From positions 485 to 64,484 of the forward strand of contig JANORP010000479.1 of the NCBI GenBank assembly GCA_031415375.1: a DNA stretch of 64,000 nucleotides. Reading direction: 5' to 3'. Origin of the DNA: Bacteroidota bacterium. Its GTDB lineage: Bacteria > Bacteroidota > Bacteroidia > J057 > JADKCL01. Shown one piece after another: positions 1-9,803 of the stretch (position 1 is the stretch's first letter; every line of letters begins with the position of its first letter). Under the pieces are notes generated by a model. It saw only the letters and a program-made list of their open reading frames with translations. It was not told the DNA's origin and did not search any database. The position numbers and the translations under genes were made by a program.

Positions 1-1
1 C

Positions 2-337
2 GGACCGACAACCCATTTCACGATCGGAGTCTTGGACCAAATGGGCAAGCTTGAACTCACTCGCATTTATGTGACCCAGTGCAGCAAAATCAATATGCTG
101 CTGCCTTACGTCCCTTTTAATCAAAAAGGCGATGCCGTCTCATTGTCCGGAATGGGTATTCCAGACACCAAAGACAACAACGGTTTCATTAAGAAACTGG
201 ACACTAGCAGCGGTACTCACAATGAGACCCTAGACGAGACTCTCAACATCATCATCCCTTACGCCGATAAGGAAGACATCATCAAAGCGATTCTTTTCTT
301 GCAAAGTGTCGTGGAGCGTATTGAGACAGGACTCTAA
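2..337 (+). CDS. 3' end of a hypothetical protein gene, truncated by the window edge
   Basis: The frame of listed ORF 32..337 stays open back to base 2 and its first listed codon is TTG, so the real start is probably upstream of the window. No recognisable motif. Confidence 0.35.
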   Translation, partial: GPTTHFTIGVLDQMGKLELTRIYVTQCSKINMLLPYVPFNQKGDAVSLSGMGIPDTKDNNGFIKKLDTSSGTHNETLDETLNIIIPYADKEDIIKAILFLQSVVERIETGL

Positions 338-391
338 AACTGGTGTTCTTTTTCAAAAGGAAGCCCGCAATCCGATGGGCCACAATACAAA

Positions 392-428
392 GATCGGCGG
401 GACATCAAGTCTCGCCGATCTTTGCTTT
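392..428. terminator. bidirectional rho-independent terminator between convergent genes
   Basis: 12-bp stem GATCGGCGGGAC / GTCTCGCCGATC (one G-U pair) with a 5-nt loop. It is followed by TTTGCTTT on the plus strand and preceded by an A-rich run, which gives a T-run for the minus-strand gene ending at 454. Confidence 0.7.
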
Positions 429-453
429 GATAGCCGATTGCCAAAATCGCCGA

Positions 454-2145
454 TCAAAACTTCATTACCTGATTGGGGAGATTGATGCGCATCGAGCCTA
501 GCACACTCATCGAAGTATTGCCATTTTCCTTACGGTAGCGCCCTTCCAGATCGACATAGGCATCTAGATGCAATAGACGGTAGCTCAATCGGCCATACAA
601 TTGGGTGATTTTGAAGGGGTCCCCCTGCCCCACAAAGTTGTTGTAGTTCTGGAAATTGGATGTGTATGGCCTGAAGATGTCTCCTCCATAATTGTTGCCA
701 TTCAAGTCCCTCCCTTTCAGGACAGAGCTGAAAATCGCCAGTCCAGACCAGCGTGCAAATGGCTGGTAGCGAATGATCAGATTAGCATCGTGTGCATTTG
801 CGCCATAGGAATAGCCTAGGTATTGGCCGTAGTGCGAATAACTCGCCGCAGGATTGAAGTGGGAATAGGTAAAGGGGCGCACCCAGTTGTACTCCATCTG
901 TAGATCAAGTCCCATTACCGCGAATGCATCAATGTACTTGATTCCCAGCTGGTACCCAAATTTGTTTCCATAATAACCCGGGCCATTGGCGCGGTTGCGA
1001 AAGTTGAGGTCATCCAGTAAAAATTGGCCATACTGCTGAAAATGCTTGAGTGCATTGAGTTTCCAAGTAAATCCTAGCATCGAGTTGTCGGGCGAACCCA
1101 AGGATTGCTCGACCGAGCGGTAAAAAATGAGTGGGTTCATGTACTCGAGTTCAAAACCACGATGCCCGCCCGGCAACCGTGGCGAATAGACGACCGACTC
1201 AAACACGCCAATCGACAACTGCTTCCATGGTTTGTAGTTGAGCTGATGCATCACCGCATATTTCTTGGGATATGTGCCATAACCATCGGGCTTGCCCTTG
1301 ATGAAATCGGTCATCAAGGCATAGTGGTTCACATACTCAAACTTCCAAATGCGTGTATTCAGATTCAGAAAAAAATGCTCCGTTGCATTGTCTGAAAGGA
1401 AAAGGCTCTGGTAACCATTTCCCAAAAACGCCCGATCCTTCCCAAATTTAAGCCTGAAATGCTTGTCGGGGCTATAGGTGATGTAGCCGCGCGCATTGAA
1501 AAAGTCAAATCCTGTGTTGGGGGTGCCGCCATCAAAGATTTTCACAAAGTTTTGCCCATTGAGGACACCCAACTCTGAAAAAGCACCACGTACAAATTGC
1601 GGGTGTTTCACCTGATTTTCAGTTACTTCCGTAAAAAACCCGATTCGTTTGGAAATCGATCCCCGCAATTGCACACCACGGGTGTTGCGATAGTTAAAGA
1701 GATTGATTTTGCTCAAATCGGCCGTATAGTTGTGCTGATCGATGCCGCCAGCAATGTGACCCACGACATTCGCATACAGGCGCACCTTACCGCTTTCAAA
1801 GTGGTAAAAATCCCGTTGGTTGGTGTAGAGGTACTTGAGAATGCCCTTTTTTTGATTCAAGGCTGCAAAATCGTCGTCGGCCGCCAGCCGTGTGAGGCGA
1901 AACCAATCACGCTCTCGCATATTCATCGCTGAGGTATCGGTCGCCGCAAAGATCGCCGAGACAGCTTGCCGACTATAGGGCTTGACATCGGTATGGACTG
2001 TCTCCCCAGTGAGTCCCTTGATATCCAAGCGATCGACCATTTGATAGGCCTCGTGCTGCAAAGGCAGATCTGCATCTTGTGCAAAAATAGCAACACCTAG
2101 GAGAGTATGGAACAAGGCTAGACAGATGAGTCTCTGAGTATTCAT
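454..2145 (-). CDS. outer-membrane beta-barrel protein, capsule-assembly Wzi-like (family call tentative)
   Basis: 563 aa with signal peptide MNTQRLICLALFHTLLGVAIFAQ and an aromatic/Gly-rich alternating strand pattern ending in C-terminal ...NQVMKF. From memory I associate the N-terminal YQMVDRLDIKGL motif with Wzi-family OMPs. Confidence 0.6.
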   Translation of the reverse strand: MNTQRLICLALFHTLLGVAIFAQDADLPLQHEAYQMVDRLDIKGLTGETVHTDVKPYSRQAVSAIFAATDTSAMNMRERDWFRLTRLAADDDFAALNQKKGILKYLYTNQRDFYHFESGKVRLYANVVGHIAGGIDQHNYTADLSKINLFNYRNTRGVQLRGSISKRIGFFTEVTENQVKHPQFVRGAFSELGVLNGQNFVKIFDGGTPNTGFDFFNARGYITYSPDKHFRLKFGKDRAFLGNGYQSLFLSDNATEHFFLNLNTRIWKFEYVNHYALMTDFIKGKPDGYGTYPKKYAVMHQLNYKPWKQLSIGVFESVVYSPRLPGGHRGFELEYMNPLIFYRSVEQSLGSPDNSMLGFTWKLNALKHFQQYGQFLLDDLNFRNRANGPGYYGNKFGYQLGIKYIDAFAVMGLDLQMEYNWVRPFTYSHFNPAASYSHYGQYLGYSYGANAHDANLIIRYQPFARWSGLAIFSSVLKGRDLNGNNYGGDIFRPYTSNFQNYNNFVGQGDPFKITQLYGRLSYRLLHLDAYVDLEGRYRKENGNTSMSVLGSMRINLPNQVMKF

Positions 2146-2236
2146 GCCGCGAATCTATTCATTCTCGCGGGCAATGAGAAGTATTGATTGCTTGAAATGA
2201 CAACAAAATAGGTCTTATCTGCAAGTCTTCCAAGCA

Positions 2237-2269
2237 TTTGTAAATTTCGCTCGCAATTGCCTATATTTG
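2237..2269 (+). promoter_or_regulatory. Bacteroidota-type promoter (-33 TTTG / -7 TATATTTG)
   Basis: TTTG at 2237-2240 and TATATTTG at 2262-2269, separated by 21 nt. The -7 box lies 24 nt upstream of the ATG at 2294 and matches the TTTG...TAnnTTTG consensus known for Bacteroidota sigma-A. Confidence 0.5.
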
Positions 2270-2293
2270 TATTTGGTCATCTAGAATAAGAAA

Positions 2294-5200
2294 ATGTCGA
2301 GAAAATCAACTACTTCAACATTGAGCTTGCTGAGAATTTTTTCCGGGTCATTCTTGCTCTTGCTACTGTTATTGTTGGGTGCAGGAACCTCCTATGCACA
2401 GTACTGTAACTCAGGGGCGACGAGCACCTTTGATTCCAACGTTGGATTGGTTCAATTGAATACCATCAACAATAGCACCTTGGGGGTTTGTGCCACCTAT
2501 TCCAACTTCACTGCGCAAAACACCAATCTCACGATCGGTCAACCCTACAGTATCACGGTGACCTTGGGTACCTGCGGCGGGAACTTTACCAAACATGGTA
2601 AGGCCTATATCGATTGGAATCATGACTTTGATTTTTTGGATCCGTTGGAAAATATTGCTGGTTTTGGGCCTGCAGCTAACACCAATACGTTCACCATCCC
2701 CTTCACTGTACCTGGCGGCGCCCTTCCAGGTGCCACTCGCCTACGTGTGGTCGGGCAGGAAACCGGCTCTCTCGCAGCGGTAAATTCCTGCGGTACATTC
2801 ACCTGGGGTGAAACCGAAGACTACACCGTTACGGTACTTCCCTCCTCGCCCAATGACATGGGGGTGACAGCAATTCCAACCCCTAATTCTGGCTGCAGCC
2901 TGTCTGCCTCAGAACAAATACAAATACAAGTCACCAACTTTGGAACGCTCACGCAGACAGCTTGGAACGTGAACTACCGCATCAACGGTGGCGCGACGGT
3001 CACCGAGCCTATGACTGGGAATTTGGCGACTGCAGCATCGCAAAATTTCACGTTTGCCACGACTGCCAACTTGAGTGTGCCAGGTAACTACACCATCAAG
3101 TGCTGGACATCGCTGACAGGCGATGCCTACCCAGCAAATGACACGACAACCAAAATCGTGACAGGTATCCCTAGCGTGAGCACCTTTCCTTATATCGAGG
3201 ACTTCGAACTCGGGAACGGCGGATGGCTTCCAGGTGGCGTGAACGGGACTTGGGCCTATGGCACACCCGCTAAACCGACCATCATTGGTGCAGCCTCCGG
3301 AACCAAAGCTTATGTCACTGGTGGCTTAGGCACTGGGTCCTACTCCAACAATGATCAGTCTTTTGTCCTAGGCCCATGTTTTAATCTCAGCACTCTTCAA
3401 AATCCATGGATGTCTATGAAGGCATGGTGGTTTTCTGAATTTAGCTGGGATGGCACCAATGTCCAGTATACCACCAACTTTGGAACCACCTGGATCAACG
3501 TCGGCAATTACAACGATCCTGGAAACTGGTACAATGACAACACCATCGTCGGCAATCCTGGCGGTTCGCCCGAGGGCTGGACAGGTGGTGCCTTTGGTAA
3601 TACCAGCGGCTCCAATGGATACATCACCGTTGCTCACCGTCTCGACAACTTGGCTGGTGTATCCAGTGTACGCTTCAGGGTCACCTTTGCTTCAGACGGT
3701 TCAGTACAATCAGAGGGCTTCGCATTTGACGACTTCAAAATTGCCGAAGGCCCTGTCTGCAACCTCGGTCCAAATACTTTGATTTGCGGCGGGGACAGCC
3801 TTGTCCTTGATGCGGGACCATTTGCGACATTTCTCTGGACACCCGGTGGCCAGACAACACGGTATAAAACAATCACCCAGACCAATACAGGTCAGCACGT
3901 CGTGCGCGTGACCGATATTTTTGGGTTTTATGATTTTGACACCGTGTTGGTTTCACTTTCCAATCCATTCTTGAACATTGGCCCAGACTCAACTGTCTGC
4001 CCAGGTGATACTGTGCTGCTCGATGCAGGCTTCCACAATGGTGCGAGTTATGTTTGGCAAAATGGCGCAACCACACAAGATTTCCCAGCCACCGTGGCTG
4101 GCATCTATTATGTAGAAATCACCGACTCAGTGGGCTGCCAAAAGACAGACTCGATGAGGCTCAACATCTTCATTCCACCGTCCCTGAGCCTTGGCAACGA
4201 CACCACCGTCTGTGCCAACACGCCAATTGTGTTGAATGCAGGAGGTGGACCGACAGGAACGACCTATCAATGGAGCAATGCCGCCAATACACAAGTGTTG
4301 GTAGTGACCTCGGCAGGTCAATACACTGCGAGCGTGACAACACCTGGCGGATGCGCTGCGATCGACAGCATCATCATCAACCACTTCCCGACACCAGGTG
4401 TGAATCTAGGTCCCAATCGCGTGGAATGCGGCACATTCACCTTGGATGCAGGTGCAGGCGGCACATCTTATCTCTGGAGTACTGGCGCACAGACGCAAAT
4501 GATTACATCGCCGACGCCCGGTACCTTTACTGTCACGGTCACCAACCAATTTGGTTGTACCGCGACCGACAACGTTACGATTACATTGGGCGTCGTGCCC
4601 ACGGTATCGCTCGGTCCTGACCGATTGCTCTGCAATGGCCAAACAGCTGTTCTCAGTGCAGGCAACACTGGCTCTACCTACCTTTGGAGCACCGGCGCCC
4701 AGACACAAAGTATCACCGTGACCACCCCAGGCACATTTGTCGTGAATGTCACAAGCCCTAATGGCTGCGTAGGGCGCGATACGATACTCGTAAGTGCATC
4801 GGCACTCCTCGTCAACCTTGGCCCCAATACCAATATCTGCGACAACGGGTCCCGCACACTCGATGCCGGCAATCCAGGGCAAGTATTTCTCTGGAGCAAC
4901 GGTGCTACCACACAGACCATCGTCGTGACCCAACCAGGCAACTATTCCGTGACCGTGACCGATGGACAAGGCTGTAGCGCAGGTGATGTCATCATCCTCT
5001 CCCAAGTGCCCGGCGTCTATGCAGCAATGGGCGCGCCATCGACCTCCAACGTATTCTTCCCTGTCCAATTCAACGACTTGAGCACAGGCGGTCCCAATAC
5101 TTGGGAATGGAGATTTGGCGATGGGCTATCTAGCACACAGCAGAATCCGACGCATACCTATGCTGCGCTCGGCCTCTATACCGTGACCTTGATCATCTCC

Positions 5201-5524
5201 GACGGATTTTGCCGCGATACGATCACCCAGGAAATCAACGTGAACACTTACGTGGGCATGGAAGACGGCGACTTTGCAATCGCATTTGACCTCTACCCCA
5301 ACCCATCCAATGGATTGTTTCACATGTACCTGGAACTCTACAAGCGTAGCGATCTCGAGATTGGCGTGATGGACATGCATGGTCGGACAGTATATACTGA
5401 CCTCGTGCGCAGAGCCCAAACATATCAAGGTGACCTTGATCTGAGTGGTATCAGCAAAGGTGTCTATATACTCTCCTTGAAAGCTGGCGATCGCAAGATT
5501 TTCCACAAGTTGGTAATCCAATAG
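2294..5524 (+). CDS. large multidomain T9SS-secreted surface protein (GEVED, CARDB-like, MAM/LamG-like, 6 Cys-bracketed repeats, PKD, T9SS CTD)
   Basis: 1076 aa with a signal peptide. Domains read from the translation: GEVED motif TWGETEDYTVTV; a CARDB-like segment (NDMGVTAI...PANDTT); FPYIEDFELGNGGW...WAYGTP; six ~70-aa repeats; a PKD domain (WEWRFGDG..NPTHTY..YTVTL); and a type-A CTD (LYPNPSNGLFHMYLE...KLVIQ). Confidence 0.9.
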   Translation: MSRKSTTSTLSLLRIFSGSFLLLLLLLLGAGTSYAQYCNSGATSTFDSNVGLVQLNTINNSTLGVCATYSNFTAQNTNLTIGQPYSITVTLGTCGGNFTKHGKAYIDWNHDFDFLDPLENIAGFGPAANTNTFTIPFTVPGGALPGATRLRVVGQETGSLAAVNSCGTFTWGETEDYTVTVLPSSPNDMGVTAIPTPNSGCSLSASEQIQIQVTNFGTLTQTAWNVNYRINGGATVTEPMTGNLATAASQNFTFATTANLSVPGNYTIKCWTSLTGDAYPANDTTTKIVTGIPSVSTFPYIEDFELGNGGWLPGGVNGTWAYGTPAKPTIIGAASGTKAYVTGGLGTGSYSNNDQSFVLGPCFNLSTLQNPWMSMKAWWFSEFSWDGTNVQYTTNFGTTWINVGNYNDPGNWYNDNTIVGNPGGSPEGWTGGAFGNTSGSNGYITVAHRLDNLAGVSSVRFRVTFASDGSVQSEGFAFDDFKIAEGPVCNLGPNTLICGGDSLVLDAGPFATFLWTPGGQTTRYKTITQTNTGQHVVRVTDIFGFYDFDTVLVSLSNPFLNIGPDSTVCPGDTVLLDAGFHNGASYVWQNGATTQDFPATVAGIYYVEITDSVGCQKTDSMRLNIFIPPSLSLGNDTTVCANTPIVLNAGGGPTGTTYQWSNAANTQVLVVTSAGQYTASVTTPGGCAAIDSIIINHFPTPGVNLGPNRVECGTFTLDAGAGGTSYLWSTGAQTQMITSPTPGTFTVTVTNQFGCTATDNVTITLGVVPTVSLGPDRLLCNGQTAVLSAGNTGSTYLWSTGAQTQSITVTTPGTFVVNVTSPNGCVGRDTILVSASALLVNLGPNTNICDNGSRTLDAGNPGQVFLWSNGATTQTIVVTQPGNYSVTVTDGQGCSAGDVIILSQVPGVYAAMGAPSTSNVFFPVQFNDLSTGGPNTWEWRFGDGLSSTQQNPTHTYAALGLYTVTLIISDGFCRDTITQEINVNTYVGMEDGDFAIAFDLYPNPSNGLFHMYLELYKRSDLEIGVMDMHGRTVYTDLVRRAQTYQGDLDLSGISKGVYILSLKAGDRKIFHKLVIQ
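3758..5005 (+). repeat. six in-frame coding repeats (~200-225 bp each) inside the 2294..5524 gene
   Basis: Protein-level pattern repeated six times: LGP(D/N)...C......LDAG.....Y(L/V)WS.GA.TQ.I.V...G.Y.V.VT...GC...D.I. Confidence 0.6.
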
Positions 5525-5540
5525 ATCGACCGACGATATG

Positions 5541-5580
5541 AAAAGCCGCCTCCCGACAACGGAAGGCGGCTTTTTGTTTT
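5541..5580 (+). terminator. rho-independent terminator of the 2294..5524 gene
   Basis: AAAAGCCGCCT - 12-nt loop - AGGCGGCTTTTTGTTTT. GC-rich 7-bp stem with an A/T extension and a T-run, starting 17 nt after the stop codon. Confidence 0.85.
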
Positions 5581-6274
5581 CAAGGATAACGACGATGACT
5601 TCAGTATTTGTGAGTGGAATCAACCACATTGAACACGTTGGATGGCTACAGTTTTTGAGTCACTCCGATCGAATGATCGCTGCCCAGTTTCTCACCTCCC
5701 ACTCCCTATCCCGCAAGAATGGTGATTGGGTGCAGCCCCAAGTCGTGCAGCGAACGACGTGGACAATTTATTGCCTAAAAAGCTCATATTCCTGCATTTT
5801 TCACTTGATTTTGACCCAATAAAAGCAGTAGATTTGAGTATCAACGTTCTCATTATGGCTTGTCAAGTATAGCTGCGCTGCATCTCCCAAGTATAGGGTC
5901 AGGCAGGCTACTTGAAACAACGACCATCACCTTTCGGGATTCGGTTTTTCAACACCCAATCTCAAAGGTTACATCGGTGCTGGAGACAGCCCACATCACA
6001 AGACTTAAAGACTTTTAGAGAGGAATGCTAATTGGCGTTCACGGGCCCCGACCTTCTCAGTCGGGGCTCTATGTTTGGAATGTCACCATTGGAAGCTGCC
6101 AGACAGGAACTCGCCCATGCGCATGATCCAAAGGCACGCATTTATCATTGTCAAATCTAGGCGAATATAGCTTGGGTGCAGACTCCAGGAAGCACAAGCC
6201 AATGCGACCAAGAAAGTGCCGAAGACCAAGCTCGCCCAATTTCACGTTGCAAATGGCTGCCTGCGACCTATCCC

Positions 6275-6757
6275 CTACAGCGGCTTAAACTGCTCAAAGG
6301 TCTCCCTACAGTTGCGGCAGTGGTGCACTGCGCGGCATGCTGTCGGGCCGAAAGCATTCATCATAAAGGTATTGTTGCTGCTACACTTCGGGCACATCGC
6401 ATTTTGCAGCACCTCCAAGGTGAGCATGCCGTCAAACGCTGGCGGCGGCGAAAGGCCAAAGTCCTTGAGCAGCACGCGCCCACGTGGACTGATGAGGTTG
6501 GTGCTCCAAGGCTCGTTGTACATCACATCCACGCGACTGTGGGTGACGCCGTGGGCCGTGAGCACCTGCACGATATTTTCCTTCATGTGATGGATCGCTG
6601 GGCAACCTGCAAATGTGGGCGTCAATTGCACGACCACAGAGCCATCTGCTTCAATGATCACATCTCTGATCACCCCGAGATCCACGACCGATATCACCGG
6701 AATCTCAGGGTCTTTGACCTCCTCTAGGGCGGCATAGATCTCAGCCTCGGTCACCAT
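6275..6757 (-). CDS. paaD: 1,2-phenylacetyl-CoA epoxidase subunit PaaD
   Basis: 160 aa. It has the N-terminal DPEIPVISVVDLG and PTFAGCPA motifs, the C-terminal CPKC...CRNC zinc-ribbon typical of PaaD, and a 7-nt overlap with paaC. Confidence 0.85.
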   Translation of the reverse strand: MVTEAEIYAALEEVKDPEIPVISVVDLGVIRDVIIEADGSVVVQLTPTFAGCPAIHHMKENIVQVLTAHGVTHSRVDVMYNEPWSTNLISPRGRVLLKDFGLSPPPAFDGMLTLEVLQNAMCPKCSSNNTFMMNAFGPTACRAVHHCRNCRETFEQFKPL

Positions 6758-7509
6758 ACAGCCGTTTCGTCGATGGCGAAGACCTCGTCCATCTCAGCCA
6801 ACAGCTTGTCGAGGTGCTCGGTATGCTTGCCATGGCGACCGCCATAGTGTACGGTTTTATCGACCACGGCTGGCAGACGCAGCCCACTCTCGCTCAGCAG
6901 TTGCGTCACAGCTTCGATCCACTTCGATTCCAATTCACCTTCACTCGCTTGCAAGCCCTCAGCGACAATCGTATCATCTTGTGCGGTAGGCTCAAACAAT
7001 GCCAGCGCGTGAGGATAGGCAAAATCGATGGCCGACTGCAAGCGCTGATTGGCCTCTTGCGTGGACAGGCCCAACTGCTTGATCCAAATCGTCGCGTGCA
7101 TGTGGTGGTAGCGCTCCTCGCGCAAGAGTTTCTTGGACAGCTCGGCCAAAGGGCGAAAGCTGCTCTTGGTCAAACTCTCCAAGCGAATGCTCTCGGCCAA
7201 ATCGTACAGGGCATGCCGCACGAGGCTGAAGGCATAATCCCCAATGGGAAACTCCACCAACTGGCAGCAACGAAAGTCGCCTGCCTTGCGCCCAAAAGCC
7301 AAGGCATCTGGGCTACCCTCGCCAAAAAGCTCGTTGAGGATCACATAATAGGCCTGTGCATGACCGATCTCGTCTTGGGCCATGCTGGAAAAGGCGATGT
7401 CTTCTTCCAAAATCGGCCCGATGCCGGTCCATTCGCTCTGTCGGTGGCCGAGGATCAAGTCGTCATCGGCGAGGCGGTAGAGCAGATCTTTAATCGCAAC
7501 TATATTCAT
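6751..7509 (-). CDS. paaC: 1,2-phenylacetyl-CoA epoxidase subunit PaaC
   Basis: 252 aa. LADDDLILGHRQSEWTGIGPILEEDIAFSSMAQDEIGHA is the characteristic PaaC (PaaI in the older nomenclature) ferritin-like N-terminus. Confidence 0.85.
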   Translation of the reverse strand: MNIVAIKDLLYRLADDDLILGHRQSEWTGIGPILEEDIAFSSMAQDEIGHAQAYYVILNELFGEGSPDALAFGRKAGDFRCCQLVEFPIGDYAFSLVRHALYDLAESIRLESLTKSSFRPLAELSKKLLREERYHHMHATIWIKQLGLSTQEANQRLQSAIDFAYPHALALFEPTAQDDTIVAEGLQASEGELESKWIEAVTQLLSESGLRLPAVVDKTVHYGGRHGKHTEHLDKLLAEMDEVFAIDETAVW

Positions 7510-7689
7510 GGAGCAAAATTTACAGAATTTGCAGAATCAATGTTGGGTGCTGAATTCTTGGTCTTCCACCGAAGTGGGTCGGTTGCTGATGCCTTGGTGC
7601 GCGAAATGCAAGCTGTCATATCTGCTTTCTATTCCCAATCCGCCAACTGCCAAAATGATCAAACACCCATCCAAATAGGAGAGCTTCCC

Positions 7690-8106
7690 TCAGCCACCAG
7701 AATTCACAACTGGAGCAGAATTCTGAGGATTCTGAGAATTCTGCTCAGCGTTGAATTTCTGGATGATATGTTTGTTTTTGTAGCCAAAGGCCTCGCGGTA
7801 ACTCTTGTCGGTCGCCGGCTCAAACATATCACTGTCGTCGTAGCTCGTAGCGGTGATCGCCGATGTGCGCACCACCCAGAGATTGACGCATTTCATGCGG
7901 CGGGCATATTGCTCCTTCGCAAAGATGAGTGCCAGCTCGGCATTTGCGGCGTGGACGCTGCCCACGTGTACATGCTGTGCGCCACGCGAGGTTTGGTGCA
8001 TCACCTCAAAAGTTTCCCATTGGTCTAGGCCACCCTTGGGGACATATTCGCTTTCAGAAGGCAAATCTGCACGGCTGATGCGAGGATCGAGAGAATCAAC
8101 TTTCAT
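7690..8106 (-). CDS. paaB: 1,2-phenylacetyl-CoA epoxidase subunit PaaB (with N- and C-terminal extensions)
   Basis: The core WETFEVMHQTSRGAQHVHVGSVHAANAELALIFAKEQYARR matches the PaaB signature. At 138 aa it is longer than the ~95 aa I remember for proteobacterial PaaB, and it has a Q/N-rich tail. Confidence 0.8.
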   Translation of the reverse strand: MKVDSLDPRISRADLPSESEYVPKGGLDQWETFEVMHQTSRGAQHVHVGSVHAANAELALIFAKEQYARRMKCVNLWVVRTSAITATSYDDSDMFEPATDKSYREAFGYKNKHIIQKFNAEQNSQNPQNSAPVVNSGG

Positions 8107-8118
8107 ATATCTGGATGT

Positions 8119-9105
8119 TTAGGACAATGGTGCAACATATTCTCCACTATAAACCTTGAGTGCCTCGCGCACCCAGCGGCCGTTTTCCTCGGCCATGCGG
8201 CGCACGGCAAGACGCTCTGCATTGCAGGGGCCGTTGCCGTTGATGACTTCATAGAATTCATTCCAATCGGGGTCGGAAAACTCCCAGATACCATCGGCAT
8301 TCTTGCGGAGATTGGGATCGGGGATGATGAGGCCCAGTTCCTTGATCTTGGGGACGTAGGTATCGAGGAAGATGTTGCGCATCTCATCATTCGTTCCCAT
8401 TTTGACCTTCCAGCGCATCAACACCTCGGTGTGTTGGCTCGCTTTGTCGGGCGGTCCATGAAAGTGCATGATGGGTTTCCACCAGCGATTGAAGGCCTCT
8501 TGAACCATTTTGCGCTGCGTGGGCGTGCCAGTGGCGAGATGCACGACGGAGTCGTGACCATATTTGAGGTGAAAGGACTCCTCATAACAGATGCGCTCAA
8601 GTGCTCGGCAATAGGGCCCGTAGGATCCCTTGGCGTTGATGGTCTGGTTCACGATCGCACCAGCGTCGATGAGCCAAGCAATCACAGCTGTGTCGGCCCA
8701 AGTCTTAGCGGGGTAATTGAAGACATTGCTGTATTTGCTTTTGCCGCTGATGAGGTCATTGATCATGTCCTCACGACTCTTACCAAGGGTCTCGGCGGCA
8801 GAATATAGCAATTGGCAGTGACCAGACTCATCTTGAACCTTGGCCATCAGCGCCAGTTTGCGCCTGAACCCAGGCGCACGCGTGATCCAGGTGCCCTCTG
8901 GCAATGCGCCAATGATCTCACTGTGCGCGTGCTGCTCAATCATGCGGATGAGCTGCTTGCGGTACATATAAGGCATCCAATCCATGGGCTCGATCTTCTC
9001 ACCGCGATCGATTTTGGCCTCAAACTCGGCCAAACACTCTGGATCTTCATCCTTTAAATCCTTGCCGAAGTTATCAAACTCCGTCACTGTCAACGCTCCG
9101 TACAT
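8119..9105 (-). CDS. paaA: 1,2-phenylacetyl-CoA epoxidase catalytic subunit PaaA
   Basis: 328 aa. Contains [28 protein letters not shown] and AKVQDESGH di-iron ligand motifs; operon position paaA-B-C-D. Confidence 0.9.
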   Translation of the reverse strand: MYGALTVTEFDNFGKDLKDEDPECLAEFEAKIDRGEKIEPMDWMPYMYRKQLIRMIEQHAHSEIIGALPEGTWITRAPGFRRKLALMAKVQDESGHCQLLYSAAETLGKSREDMINDLISGKSKYSNVFNYPAKTWADTAVIAWLIDAGAIVNQTINAKGSYGPYCRALERICYEESFHLKYGHDSVVHLATGTPTQRKMVQEAFNRWWKPIMHFHGPPDKASQHTEVLMRWKVKMGTNDEMRNIFLDTYVPKIKELGLIIPDPNLRKNADGIWEFSDPDWNEFYEVINGNGPCNAERLAVRRMAEENGRWVREALKVYSGEYVAPLS

Positions 9106-9115
9106 ACAATTAATA

Positions 9116-9128
9116 GTTAATAATTAAC
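9116..9128. promoter_or_regulatory. candidate operator palindrome upstream of paaA
   Basis: Perfect palindrome GTTAAT-A-ATTAAC, 11-23 nt upstream of the paaA ATG (9105), inside the AT-rich tetR-paaA spacer. Confidence 0.3.
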
Positions 9129-9202
9129 GATTAATAATTTTTTCATTCTGCACTATGCGCGCCCCGATGGGCTGCCAACCTAGTCTTTTTAGTGTCCACT
9201 TT

Positions 9203-9790
9203 TCAGACTGTTCGCACCAGGCCATTCAGGAGTATCCCCGCCAAGTGCTGCCCGATTTCCTCTGAACTCAACTCCCCATCTGCGCGGTACCAAGTATGCG
9301 TCCAGTTAAGGGCGCTCATAATGGTGCGGGTACTGAATCCCTCATCATAGTTTTTGAAAAGATTTTCCTCGATGCCTTTGCGTACCACGGCCCTGAAAAT
9401 TCCTTCGTATGCATTGCGACGTTCGGCATAGGCCGAGCGCCGTGGCTCAGAAATATGCCGCCATTCCCTGAAAAAGACAGCCGACGCATCGATGTTGCGC
9501 GTGATCACCCCCACGTGGGCAATGATCATGTCTGTAAGTTTCTTTTGCGTGTGCAATTGCGACTCGGCAATCGGGGTGATGGAATCAAAAAATTCGTCGG
9601 CGCACCCATCTGCGATCGTCCAAAGAATATCTTCCTTGGATCGATAGTGGGAATAAAGGCTTGCAGCTTCCATGCCCAAGCCTTCGGCAAGGTCACGCAC
9701 ACTTGTGGCCAAGTAACCTTTCTGGTTAAAAAGTCGCTCAGAAACTGCCAAAATCTGCGATTTCCTTTCGCTGATCGATTTTACCGCCAT
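9203..9790 (-). CDS. TetR/AcrR-family transcriptional regulator (likely paa regulator)
   Basis: 195 aa with N-terminal HTH ILAVSERLFNQKGYLATSVRDLAEGLGMEAASLYSHYRSKEDIL. First gene of the paa operon orientation. Confidence 0.85.
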   Translation of the reverse strand: MAVKSISERKSQILAVSERLFNQKGYLATSVRDLAEGLGMEAASLYSHYRSKEDILWTIADGCADEFFDSITPIAESQLHTQKKLTDMIIAHVGVITRNIDASAVFFREWRHISEPRRSAYAERRNAYEGIFRAVVRKGIEENLFKNYDEGFSTRTIMSALNWTHTWYRADGELSSEEIGQHLAGILLNGLVRTV

Positions 9791-9803
9791 ACAAAAAACC
9801 TCC

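Noticed and set aside
6814-8028. 404-aa plus-strand ORF across paaC/paaB
   Set aside because: It is antisense to two genes with unambiguous PaaC/PaaB motifs. Its composition (Leu/Ala/Gln/Arg-rich, no motifs) is typical of a shadow ORF in GC-rich coding DNA.
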